64,000 nt of DNA from Candidatus Aenigmatarchaeota archaeon (lineage in GTDB: Archaea; Aenigmatarchaeota; Aenigmatarchaeia; Aenigmatarchaeales; Aenigmatarchaeaceae), in contig JBDRJK010000019.1 in the NCBI GenBank assembly GCA_043814985.1, forward strand, positions 88,926 to 152,925. The letters run 5' to 3'. Below are positions 17,588 through 33,839 of this stretch, one piece after another. Below the pieces are notes generated by a model. That model had not been told where the DNA came from. It worked only from the letters and a program-made list of their open reading frames with translations, and ran no database searches. Made by a program: the position numbers and the translations under genes. Numbering within the stretch: the stretch's first letter is position 1; each line of letters opens with the position of its first letter.

Positions 17588-18427
17588 ATGAAACTAATAA
17601 TCTTAGGTTCTGGTGGAGCATGGTCTTGTCCCATACCCACTTGCTTTTGCGAAAAATGTAGAGAAGCAAGAGACAAGGGAGTGCCTTATTCCAGAGGAGG
17701 GCCTTCCTTATTCATAGAAGAGGAGAGCATACTGTTTGATACCCCGGAGGAAATTACTCAGCAATTAAACAGGGAGAAAGTAAAGAGATTGAGGCACGTA
17801 TTCTACACTCACTGGCATCCGGACCACACCCAAGGCATGAGGATATTTGAGAATATTGCAAGACGTTTGAAGCACCCGCAAGAATTACCGTTTGATGCGG
17901 AAATGATTGATGTCTATATACCAGTTGAGGTCTATGATGATTTCAAAAAGTATTTGTCGAATTTTTTCTATTATGAAGAAAATGGATGGATAAGGGTTCA
18001 TAAGATAGAAGACAGGAAAGAAATAAAGATAGGAAGGTTGTCCATAATTCCTCTAAGCTTTAGGGTTCCGGGAAAATCCCGTTATGGGTATCTAATAAAG
18101 GAAAGTAAAAAGAAGGTATTCTACGGGCCTTGTAGCATATGGAGCATGACAACTGACGAGAGCTTTGACAGTACTGATTTAATGCTTATAGAATTTGGTT
18201 GGTTAGGGAACACAGAAGAGAAAAGAAAGAATGATCCCAAGACTTCATCTATTCACTATCACATAAGCTTTGAAGAGGATATAGAACTTATCAGAAAACT
18301 GAAACCTAAACGGACTATACTTACACATATCGACTATACGGATTTTGAAAATGCTGAGAGGTTGGTAAAACCATTCAAAAAATTGAATATAGATATAGCA
18401 TATGATGGCATGAAAATAGAGGTTTGA
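17588..18427 (+). CDS. Metallo-beta-lactamase fold hydrolase (PhnP-like)
   Basis: LGSGG..P...C.CEKC, THWHPDH, LTH, AYDGM. Confidence 0.88.
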   Translation: MKLIILGSGGAWSCPIPTCFCEKCREARDKGVPYSRGGPSLFIEEESILFDTPEEITQQLNREKVKRLRHVFYTHWHPDHTQGMRIFENIARRLKHPQELPFDAEMIDVYIPVEVYDDFKKYLSNFFYYEENGWIRVHKIEDRKEIKIGRLSIIPLSFRVPGKSRYGYLIKESKKKVFYGPCSIWSMTTDESFDSTDLMLIEFGWLGNTEEKRKNDPKTSSIHYHISFEEDIELIRKLKPKRTILTHIDYTDFENAERLVKPFKKLNIDIAYDGMKIEV

Positions 18428-18476
18428 TTAGAGTTCCAACATCCGCATTTTTATTCTAAAAATTCCAACTAACCAT

Positions 18477-19157
18477 ATGGTAGACTGGTTCGGTTCGTTT
18501 CCCGTGGCTCCACTGCTTTTCGCGTTTCTGATTCCAATAGTTTACTCCTTGGTTAAAAGAAAGGAACTCAAATCAATCCTATTAATGACAGCATGCTCAG
18601 TAGGGGTCGTTGCCTTCTATCCAATTACTAACTTTCTGAGCAGCTCCATCCCGTTGTTTGGTTATTTAATAGGAAAAGTCATTCTTTTTGTCTTGTTCCC
18701 AATAGGGACAATATTCTTCATAGAGCGCTGGAGCATCAAAGACATCTTCACGAACTTGGGTGTCAGAAAGGAGAACCTAAAGAAAAGCATTCTCTATGGT
18801 TTATTAGCTGCAGTGGTTACAATAGCCATCACCACCTTGATTATTACTAGTAGCCAGATTGATTCTGTCTATAGCACGGTCATGTTTTTCGAGTCCTTCA
18901 CAGAGGAGTTCTTCTTCAGGGGCTTTTTATTGCTGTATTTAATGAAAAAGACCAGTCCCAAGGTAGCATATGCAACATCCATACTCGGCTTCATCCTAAT
19001 ACACCCCCAGAACTTTGACAATCTATTTATAATCTCAACAATGGTGCAGGGAGTTCTGATGACTGTCATTGCCGACAAGACCAAAAACATAGTGGGTCCT
19101 TGGGTTGGTCACGGCCTTAATAGGGTTGTTCCCAGTCTTCTGAGAATCCTTTTCTAG
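18477..19157 (+). CDS. CPBP/CAAX (Abi) intramembrane protease family
   Basis: EEFFFRG, F...H, H..N motifs; multi-TM. Confidence 0.85.
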   Translation: MVDWFGSFPVAPLLFAFLIPIVYSLVKRKELKSILLMTACSVGVVAFYPITNFLSSSIPLFGYLIGKVILFVLFPIGTIFFIERWSIKDIFTNLGVRKENLKKSILYGLLAAVVTIAITTLIITSSQIDSVYSTVMFFESFTEEFFFRGFLLLYLMKKTSPKVAYATSILGFILIHPQNFDNLFIISTMVQGVLMTVIADKTKNIVGPWVGHGLNRVVPSLLRILF

Positions 19158-19204
19158 ATAATCTATATTTAAAGATTTCTTCCTTACTTTAATCTAGTGA
19201 TAAG

Positions 19205-19471
19205 ATGGGAACTCCAAACTTTGAAATTAAAAGGGAAGAACATAAAAAGTGGTTAGAAGAACAAGGGATACCATTTGGAAGATGTGACTATGCTCCTAAA
19301 GAGGGGAATCTGGGTACTAACAAGTGTAGCATATACTCTCATGTTGATCCTGAATTCCAAGTTTTCACATGCCTTTCTGCATGTGGTAATGAAGTTAATG
19401 GTTTTGAGAACAACCTGAAAGTAACGCCATGTGAACATAAAAGATTGAAAGACCAATATGAAAAGAAATAA
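19205..19471 (+). CDS. Small hypothetical Cys-containing protein
   Basis: 88-aa ORF with GTGA SD-like site upstream. Confidence 0.55.
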   Translation: MGTPNFEIKREEHKKWLEEQGIPFGRCDYAPKEGNLGTNKCSIYSHVDPEFQVFTCLSACGNEVNGFENNLKVTPCEHKRLKDQYEKK

Positions 19472-19474
19472 TAA

Positions 19475-19894
19475 TCAGAATGATTTCATATATTCTCTTA
19501 TCTTATTAACCGAAATCTTGACTTCTTCAATTATTTTGTCATTCTTCATGTTCTCTTTGGCATAATTCATGATAGGTCTTACTGACTCTATCTTCCTGCC
19601 GAATCTCTCCATCCATCCGTGCCTAGGAAATATCCAGAGGTGAAATTTATGCTCGGAATCCTCGTTCTGAAAGAGGTAGACATCCTTTATTTTTAGTACT
19701 TCCTTCATTCCCCTTCTGAGATTTATTAGCAGTTTTATGAATTCCTTTGACTCTTCTTCATTGAGGTCAGCAACAGAATTTATCTTCCTTTTGGATGATA
19801 TTATGAAGAACCCTGGTATGGGAATCTCCCAGTCTTGGCCAACTTCGAAATGGTTAGTGGTTATTATTGTCTCATCAGGGAATAATTTTTCCAT
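19475..19894 (-). CDS. HIT-like hydrolase
   Basis: PIPGF.II..KR, HKFHLWIFPR. Confidence 0.8.
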   Translation of the reverse strand: MEKLFPDETIITTNHFEVGQDWEIPIPGFFIISSKRKINSVADLNEEESKEFIKLLINLRRGMKEVLKIKDVYLFQNEDSEHKFHLWIFPRHGWMERFGRKIESVRPIMNYAKENMKNDKIIEEVKISVNKIREYMKSF

Positions 19895-19967
19895 ATTAAG
19901 AAATTATGAAAATTGGTATTTATTAGAATATTATAATTTTTTAAACCAGCATTTCTAAATCTATTAT

Positions 19968-20483
19968 ATGAAAAAGACAAAGACTTACGAGAACTTTCCT
20001 TTATGGATAGTCGCCTTAACTAACCTTTTCTCCCTATCAATCTATCTGATAGGATTATATATTTTCTCAAGATTTGGAATACTATTCGCTGTATTCTTCG
20101 CTCTTTACATTATCTGGACTGAATTCCGCTTGGTTACAAAATCCTGCAGGAATTGTTATTATTATGGTAAATTCTGTGCATTCGGAAGGGGCAAGTGCTG
20201 TTCTCTGTTATTCAAGAAAGGCAGCCCCAAGAGGTTTGTGAAAAGAAAGGTAACAATGAAAGACCTAATCCCAGATTTCCTATTAACTATACTTCCAATG
20301 ATAGCAGGAGCCATACTTCTAATATACGACTTTTCATGGTGCATTCTTGCATTAATAGCCTTTTTGATTGTTTTCGGATTCTTTGGAAATGCAGTGATCA
20401 GGAGCTCTTTCGCCTGTAAATATTGCAAGCAAAGGAAAATAGGATGCCCTGCAGAAAAGTTATTCAAGAAAAAGAACAAATAA
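19968..20483 (+). CDS. Hypothetical membrane protein with two CxxC...C motifs
   Basis: 4 TM segments; CRNCYYYGKFC and CKYCKQRKIGCP. Confidence 0.7.
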   Translation: MKKTKTYENFPLWIVALTNLFSLSIYLIGLYIFSRFGILFAVFFALYIIWTEFRLVTKSCRNCYYYGKFCAFGRGKCCSLLFKKGSPKRFVKRKVTMKDLIPDFLLTILPMIAGAILLIYDFSWCILALIAFLIVFGFFGNAVIRSSFACKYCKQRKIGCPAEKLFKKKNK

Positions 20484-20516
20484 GCTTTTTAACCTTGAAT
20501 TACAATTAAAATCAAT

Positions 20517-21221
20517 ATGAAAGGCATGATTGTACCTGACCATCTGGGCGTTATTCTTGACGGCAATAGGAGATGGGCTATCGAAAATAAACTGAAGCCT
20601 TGGAAAGGCCACGCTTTCGGGGCTGAGAAATTTGAAAAATTTTTGGAATGGTGTGTGGAATTTGAAATACCTCAAATTTCCGCATATGTCCTATCAACAG
20701 AGAACCTTAACAGGTCAAAAAGAGAAGTTGATGCTCTGCTAGATTTATTCCAAAATGAGCTGGAAAGAGTCGAGAATAATAAGATAAGCCTTCTGGACAA
20801 GTATGAGATAAGAATGAAATTTATAGGAGATTTGACCAGACTGCCTTTGGGACTCCGTAGAGTAATGGGAAGAATAATGGACAAGACAGAAAAATATAAC
20901 CAAAGAGTCTTCAACATTATGGTTGCTTATGGTGGGAAGTTCGAGCTGACAAACGCTGTCAAGAAAATAGCTAAAAAGGCCTTGGAAACAGGCATAGTAA
21001 CTGTGACCGAGAAGACAATAAAGGACAACCTTATGGTAAAAGATGATATTGACCTTCTTATTAGGACTGGTGGGGAGAAGAGGCTTTCCAACTTTATGCC
21101 AATCCAGGCCGCCTATGCAGAGATGATAGTTCTAAGAAAATTGTGGCCAGACATCAGGAAAAGCGATCTGAAAAGATGTATTATGGAATACTCTAGAAGG
21201 CAGAGAAGATTCGGCCACTAG
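20517..21221 (+). CDS. uppS: cis-prenyltransferase (polyprenyl diphosphate synthase)
   Basis: HLGVILDGNRRWA, STENLNR, IRTGGEKRLSNF, RRFG. Confidence 0.95.
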   Translation: MKGMIVPDHLGVILDGNRRWAIENKLKPWKGHAFGAEKFEKFLEWCVEFEIPQISAYVLSTENLNRSKREVDALLDLFQNELERVENNKISLLDKYEIRMKFIGDLTRLPLGLRRVMGRIMDKTEKYNQRVFNIMVAYGGKFELTNAVKKIAKKALETGIVTVTEKTIKDNLMVKDDIDLLIRTGGEKRLSNFMPIQAAYAEMIVLRKLWPDIRKSDLKRCIMEYSRRQRRFGH

Positions 21222-22858
21222 ACCTTTTCTAGTATCTTTCTTACTCTTTCTCTTCCTATTATCAGAATGAACGGAGCTAGTCTGGGACCCCAAGACTTTC
21301 CTAGCAAAGACAGATATATTGCCTTGAAGAAATCCTTTGAATCGATTCCTACTTCCTTTTTTATCTCGAAGAACCTTCCATACAATTCCTTTTCTGTTAA
21401 TTCTTTTTTCAAGTCATTAGCCAAAATTTTTAATGCTTGCCTTTGTTTATCATCCAACTTTTCCTTTGGGGGATTTTCCAAAATCTTTATCTTGTAGCTT
21501 TCGCCTCCGTATCTTTCTGCCCAGTTCTTGGCCATCACGAGCATTTCCTTTATCTTGTTCTCGTCCTCTACTTTCTCCAGATGTCCTGTTGACTTGAACA
21601 GCTCGATTGCCTTCTCAAGCATCTTCTCCTTTGGAACCAATTGCGAAACTAAAGCAGCATAATCAAAAGGAATCTGGGCCGGCATCTTGTCGGGAACCTC
21701 GACCTCGCTCATAACATATAGCCTCTTTGAGAACTCCTCTTTGTCGTCCTCTTCCATGCCAAAGTAAATTCTCTGCAGCTTGTAGAACTCGTCAACATAC
21801 TTCGGGATGTACTCATAAGAAAAATCTCTGACTCTGTTCGGTCTCTTCATGAATAGCAGTCTCAGTATTTGCGGCGGAGCAAACAAGGGCCACTCCCATG
21901 TTGCCACCACATTACCCACGGATGCCGACATCTTCTTGCCAGATACAGTCAGGTACTCATAAGGTTGAATGTAGTTCTTTCCAGGATAAGGCTCTGCCCA
22001 ACCAAATATTTTTTCACATATCTCACCAGCGCTCCAGAAGGAACCCCCTGGCATGAAGTGCTCCTTGCCGCCAGCCTCGAAAATGACCTTCCAGTGTGCC
22101 CATAACATTCCCCACTCTACTCTCCACAACAATTTTCCGTTCTTCATGTTGCTTTCTCCCTTGAAGCCGCAGCCTTTCAGCTTTGTGTAAGCATCCACAC
22201 CGAAAGGTTTGAACTGGTAGTCCTCGCAGGAATATTTCACAACACCCCCATCCATACTAGTCACCTTTGTTGTCATTAGTTTTCTACAGTTCTCGCATAC
22301 AGGCTTCCATGGAGTCCAGTCTTTGGCTAATGGGACCCTTCTCTTCTTGTTGAGAATCTCTTTGATTTCATCAAGGTTTTCAAACACAAGCTTGATCCAC
22401 TTGGAGAAAGTTCCTGCTCTATATTCCTTGGATGTTGAGAAGTATTCAGGGCTTGTCCCGAATTTCTTCAGGCTTTCCACAAATTTCGTGCAGAAATGCT
22501 CGCTGTAAGTCTTGTGGCAACCCTCAGGGCATGGTATGTCAGCAACAGGCATTCCCAGATACTTGTCAAAGCTTTTGGGTATCCCTGCAGGAACCTTTCT
22601 CAAGGCGTCCATGTCCTCCCCTATCCACAGGAACCTGGGTTCACGACCCTTTTCCTTCAGTGACCTTACAACAGCATCGTTCCTTATGACGTCGGACGCG
22701 TTGCCTATGTGAGGAACTCCGGAAATTGAAGTAGAACTTTTTACAGCAAAATTTTTGGGCAGCTCGTATTTCTTTTTTATGTAATTGTAACCTTTCCTGT
22801 TCAAAATCATGTCTGCTATCTCATCTGACCAAAATATTTCTCCCATAATAATCTCCAA
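21218..22858 (-). CDS. lysS: Lysine--tRNA ligase, class I
   Basis: SGVPHIGN, KMSASVGN, GPRLAPF. Confidence 0.95.
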   Translation of the reverse strand: MEIIMGEIFWSDEIADMILNRKGYNYIKKKYELPKNFAVKSSTSISGVPHIGNASDVIRNDAVVRSLKEKGREPRFLWIGEDMDALRKVPAGIPKSFDKYLGMPVADIPCPEGCHKTYSEHFCTKFVESLKKFGTSPEYFSTSKEYRAGTFSKWIKLVFENLDEIKEILNKKRRVPLAKDWTPWKPVCENCRKLMTTKVTSMDGGVVKYSCEDYQFKPFGVDAYTKLKGCGFKGESNMKNGKLLWRVEWGMLWAHWKVIFEAGGKEHFMPGGSFWSAGEICEKIFGWAEPYPGKNYIQPYEYLTVSGKKMSASVGNVVATWEWPLFAPPQILRLLFMKRPNRVRDFSYEYIPKYVDEFYKLQRIYFGMEEDDKEEFSKRLYVMSEVEVPDKMPAQIPFDYAALVSQLVPKEKMLEKAIELFKSTGHLEKVEDENKIKEMLVMAKNWAERYGGESYKIKILENPPKEKLDDKQRQALKILANDLKKELTEKELYGRFFEIKKEVGIDSKDFFKAIYLSLLGKSWGPRLAPFILIIGRERVRKILEKV

Positions 22859-22897
22859 TAATTAAATTATTTATATTAGTTTACATAAAAAGAGGGT

Positions 22898-24094
22898 ATG
22901 ATAGACCCGTACACAGTATCTGTTTTGTTATTCTTCGCACTTCTCGGAATCATAATATACAGGGACAGGAAGAACATTGACTTCAAGTATATCCTCCTGA
23001 TGAGGAGAACCAAGAGGTTCAGTAAGATATTGGACACTATAGCTAAGAAGTCAGTTACTTTCTGGAAAGTCACAGGAACAATAGCCTTTGTGCTTTGCTT
23101 CCTTGTCATGATATACGGCACCTATACTATGATTAACATTGCCTATCTGATTCAGACTGGTGTGATAGACCAGCCAGCGCTATCTTTTGCGCTTCCTGTT
23201 CCATCGGACCAGATGATTGTCTCGCCCGGTTTCATAGGAATACCCTTCTGGATCTGGATAATAGTTATTACAATAATTTTGATACCTCATGAGGCTTTCC
23301 ACGGCATAATAGCAAGGGCTGAGAAGATAAAACTGAAGGATGTCGGTCTCATGCTTTTGGCGATTTTCCCAGGCGCGTTCGTTGAGCCTGACGAAAAACA
23401 ATTAAAGAAATCAAAGCTGATGACAAAACTGAGAATTTTCTCTGCTGGAAGCTTCATCAACATTGTCATAGGAATGCTTGTGATAGTTCTGGTTCAGAGT
23501 CTTCTCTGGTCCCCGAATGTGGGCGGCATACTCATAACAAACGTGAACGAGACATCACCTGCTTATGATATAGGCCTAGAAGAGGGAATGGTTATTGAGA
23601 GCATTGATGGAAAAGAACTAACCATGAATTTCGATGAGTATTCCTTTTTGATACTTATGGTGTCAGGCTCAAACTCGGGAGACATCACGCAATACATATC
23701 CCAGCTGATTCTTTTCAGGGAGCTCAGTGCTTACAGCCCTGGAGACACTGTTAGTTTGAGAATTAGTGGAAACGATTATGATTTAACATTGGCTGAACAC
23801 CCGGAGATAGAGGTGGAAGGCGGGTTCCCCTACATAGGAGTAAACTCCAAGTTCAACGTAGCAGATGTCAACATGTTCTTTGTCCTGTTCCCGCTTTTGG
23901 GATTGATAGCAACCCTCAGCATGCTGGTCGGCGCCTTCAACATACTCCCTATATATCCTCTGGACGGTGGCTTGATAGTCCAGTCATTGGCTGAAAGGTT
24001 TGCAAAGAAAATATCAAAACAGATTGTTATTGGCGTAACAGCAGTAATGGTTGTTATAATAATATTCAGCTTTGTAGGTCCTCTGTTTCTATAG
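22898..24094 (+). CDS. Site-2 protease (M50) with PDZ domain
   Basis: HEAFH, GAFVEP, NILPIYPLDGG. Confidence 0.92.
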   Translation: MIDPYTVSVLLFFALLGIIIYRDRKNIDFKYILLMRRTKRFSKILDTIAKKSVTFWKVTGTIAFVLCFLVMIYGTYTMINIAYLIQTGVIDQPALSFALPVPSDQMIVSPGFIGIPFWIWIIVITIILIPHEAFHGIIARAEKIKLKDVGLMLLAIFPGAFVEPDEKQLKKSKLMTKLRIFSAGSFINIVIGMLVIVLVQSLLWSPNVGGILITNVNETSPAYDIGLEEGMVIESIDGKELTMNFDEYSFLILMVSGSNSGDITQYISQLILFRELSAYSPGDTVSLRISGNDYDLTLAEHPEIEVEGGFPYIGVNSKFNVADVNMFFVLFPLLGLIATLSMLVGAFNILPIYPLDGGLIVQSLAERFAKKISKQIVIGVTAVMVVIIIFSFVGPLFL

Positions 24095-24483
24095 AACTTT
24101 CAGTTCCTTTATGTCGCTGTTCCTTTCCAAGAACTTTCTTATGACCTTTATGTTGCATCCGCCCTTGCCGATTATGGAGCCTCGGTTTTCAGAATTCAAA
24201 ACAACAGTTGCCTTGCCGTCCTTTATCTCGATTTTCTTGGCCTTGGGTATCATGTTCTTTATGAATTCCTCGTCGTTCTCGTCCCACTCAAACACCTTTA
24301 TTGGCTTTCTGAGCATCTTCTCTGCGCTCTTGATGTTGTAGCCGTTCTTGCCTATTGTCCTGGCCATCTTCCCGGGATTAACGAGAAAATAAAGAGTGTC
24401 AGAAAAAACACAGTCCCTAATTTCAGTTCCTGTTATGTTCTCGAATGTTGCCATCAGTTTTATTGTGTCGTTGTCAAATTCTC

Positions 24484-24487
<4 letters not shown>
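24089..24487 (-). CDS. nusA: Archaeal NusA (KH domains)
   Basis: IGKNG and IIGKGG GxxG motifs; follows rpl30e. Confidence 0.9.
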
Positions 24488-31616
<7,129 letters not shown>

Positions 31617-31620
31617 GGAA

Positions 31621-31866
31621 TCACTTCTTTTTGACAACTATCCTGTAGTATGTAGTTGATCCTGCAACTGGGGACTTTCTAAGAATCTTTAAAATATCTC
31701 CCTCTTCTGCTTCCAATTCCTTTACAGCAGGGTCGTTGGCAAGTATTTTGGGCAGTTGATTGGGTTTTATCTTCAGACTTTCAAGCAGTTCCTTTTTTTC
31801 ACTATCATCAAGAATAATGTGCTCTGGAACTAATTCATGTTTTAGAACGCTAAATTCTTTTCCCAA
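31621..31866 (-). CDS. rpoH: RNA polymerase subunit H (Rpo5)
   Basis: HELVPEH, QLPKI..DP, GDILKILRKSPVAG..YYR; likely TTG start after GGTGA. Confidence 0.93.
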   Translation of the reverse strand: MGKEFSVLKHELVPEHIILDDSEKKELLESLKIKPNQLPKILANDPAVKELEAEEGDILKILRKSPVAGSTTYYRIVVKKK

Positions 31867-31964
31867 CCCATCACCATATAGATTACTCTGACTGCAGAGT
31901 AAAACCAAGATGTATTTTCTATATAGATTTTTAAGGCTTATAAAGCTTACTATTTTAAGGCTTT

Positions 31965-32243
31965 TTACCTTCTTTTCCTAGTCTTGGTTTTTTTGACAGT
32001 TCTTTTAGCCTTCCTAACAGGCTTTCTTCTTGGTTTTGGCTTTACTCTTCTCTCTACAACCCTTAGTTCAACTGGTCTTGATGGAGTAGCTGGAAAATAT
32101 ATCTGTATAGCCACGCTTAAGATTGACACTGCAACCAAAAACATGCCAAAAGAAATTGCTACTGGACTTAATGGGTTTAAAAATACTATTACTATCCCTA
32201 TTGCGAAGAGTATTATAGTCAAAATCAATGTCCCTATATTCAT
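31965..32243 (-). CDS. Small 2-TM membrane protein with basic C-terminal tail
   Basis: Two hydrophobic helices, K/R-rich tail. Confidence 0.6.
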   Translation of the reverse strand: MNIGTLILTIILFAIGIVIVFLNPLSPVAISFGMFLVAVSILSVAIQIYFPATPSRPVELRVVERRVKPKPRRKPVRKAKRTVKKTKTRKRR

Positions 32244-32267
32244 AAGTCTATATTTGGAAAAACGTGC

Positions 32268-32731
32268 TTAAAAGGTTTTCTCTCTTGCCTTTAACGACTT
32301 GAATAGTTCTAAGGCCTTAAGCGATTCGTTTCTAACATCAAGGGGTATTTTCTCTTGGTTCAGCTCTTCTGATGAAAACCATGCAAAATCCTTTAATTCT
32401 GTTGTATTGGTAGATATGCTCTCTGGATTTTTCGGGACGCATAAATAGAAAAGGCAACAGTGGTTGTGATCTCCTACATTATGAACATTGACATAGAAAG
32501 GTACGGCAAGCTGTTCTACTATATTGCCTTCAATAGGAAGGTCATTCCTGTTTAATATCTCTATCTCAAGCCCCAGTTCTTCCTTGAGCTCCCTTTTACA
32601 GCGTCGTCCGGAGTCTCGTTTTCTTCCATGTGTCCTCCGGGAGGCAGCCACTTGTCCAGTTTTTTGTGATGAATCAAAAGAACTTTGTTTTCATTTATTA
32701 CGTAAGCTGCGATGACCAAATCATTTTTCAT
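32268..32731 (-). pseudogene. NUDIX hydrolase with a 1-nt frameshift inside the Nudix box
   Basis: Frame 1 MKNDLVIAAY...WLPPGGHMEENETPDDAVK; frame 2 continues RELKEELGL; one A missing in GTAAAAGGGAG (~32591-32597). Confidence 0.8.
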
Positions 32732-32767
32732 ATAATCAAAATTAGCATTAATAGCTTAAAATCATTG

Positions 32768-32840
32768 TGGGCCCAGAGGGATTCGAACCCTCGACCTATC
32801 GGTTAAGAGCCGATCGCTCTACCAACTGAGCTATGGGCCC
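32768..32840 (-). tRNA. tRNA-Lys(CTT)
   Basis: Reverse complement GGGCCCATAGCTCAGTTGGTAGAGCGATCGG-CTCTTAA-CCGATAGGTCGAGGGTTCGAATCCCTCTGGGCCCA. Confidence 0.95.
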
Positions 32841-32874
32841 GTTAAATAAGAAATAAGAATTACATTTTATAAAA

Positions 32875-33060
32875 TTACTTCTTTCTGTTCTTCTTCAAAA
32901 TGCTCTTCCATGCCCAATTGAAAATCCTCAATTTAGAAGAAGGATAGCCGCAGTGAGAACATTTCTTCTTTCTTATATGGTAGGTGTGCTTCCCGCATCT
33001 CCTGCAACGACTATGAGTAACTTTATTATGCTTACCAAAAGAAGGAGTTCCCTTTGCCAT
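32875..33060 (-). CDS. rpl37e: 50S ribosomal protein L37e
   Basis: KGTPSFGK..TH.RCRRCG..YH..K.CSHCGYP. Confidence 0.95.
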   Translation of the reverse strand: MAKGTPSFGKHNKVTHSRCRRCGKHTYHIRKKKCSHCGYPSSKLRIFNWAWKSILKKNRKK

Positions 33061-33073
33061 ATAAACACCCCTA

Positions 33074-33289
33074 TTACTCTGGTGAAACGAAGATTATTGT
33101 GTCTCCCCTAACAAGAATCGAACCAAGCTTGACTTTCTTGTCGTCCTTTGTCTCTTCCGCGTCTTCCAGCCAAAGGTTCAAGTGCAAATCAAACGCTTGC
33201 AGAACTCCTGTCATCTCTGCTCCGTTCTTCAACCTGATAATTACTCTCTTTTCTTTTGCTTTATCCAAAACGTCTAATGGTCTTGTCAT
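33074..33289 (-). CDS. Sm-like (Lsm) protein
   Basis: RPLDVL, G.LQAFD.HLNL.L.DAEE, VRGDTI; upstream of rpl37e. Confidence 0.92.
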   Translation of the reverse strand: MTRPLDVLDKAKEKRVIIRLKNGAEMTGVLQAFDLHLNLWLEDAEETKDDKKVKLGSILVRGDTIIFVSPE

Positions 33290-33371
33290 AAAATCAACAA
33301 ATTTAAACTCTATAAGAGATATTATGTCAACATATTTAAATATATCTGCGTACAATTTTGATAGTGATTAA

Positions 33372-33758
33372 ATGGCAATAACCCAAGTTAAAAGCAAGAG
33401 AAAACTTACTGGTGGGAAATACAAAAAACTTAGGAAGAAAAAGAAGAGGGATTTCGGTAGGGATTTCTTTCCCATAAGGATCGAGGAAGATTCAAGGAAG
33501 ACTCTGGTATGTCTGGGCAATACAGAAAAGCAGAGGATATTCCAGGCAGATAAGGCTAATGTTTTCGATGCTTCAGGAAAGGCCAAGGTAGTTGAAATTC
33601 TTAATGTTGAAAAGAATCCAGCCAACCCTCACTTTGTCAGGATGGGTATCATAACCAAGGGAGCTGTTGTCAAGACTGAGTTGGGTCTGGCAAAGATTGT
33701 TTCTCGCCCTGGACAGCACGGGGTTGTTAATGCTGTTTTGGTCAAAGAGAAGAAGTAA
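33372..33758 (+). CDS. rps8e: 30S ribosomal protein S8e
   Basis: SKRKLTGG, NPAN..VR..IITKGA, SRPGQHGVVNAVL. Confidence 0.95.
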   Translation: MAITQVKSKRKLTGGKYKKLRKKKKRDFGRDFFPIRIEEDSRKTLVCLGNTEKQRIFQADKANVFDASGKAKVVEILNVEKNPANPHFVRMGIITKGAVVKTELGLAKIVSRPGQHGVVNAVLVKEKK

Positions 33759-33839
33759 GAGCTTAAGTAAAAAATATTGATTAAGAAAATTTTATAAGTC
33801 CAATTCTTAAAATATAACTTGAATATTAAGTGATTTATA

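Noticed and set aside
32591..32600. Programmed -1 frameshift in the NUDIX gene
   Set aside because: Not a canonical X_XXY_YYZ heptamer in the reading frame and no obvious stimulatory structure; mutation or assembly error is simpler
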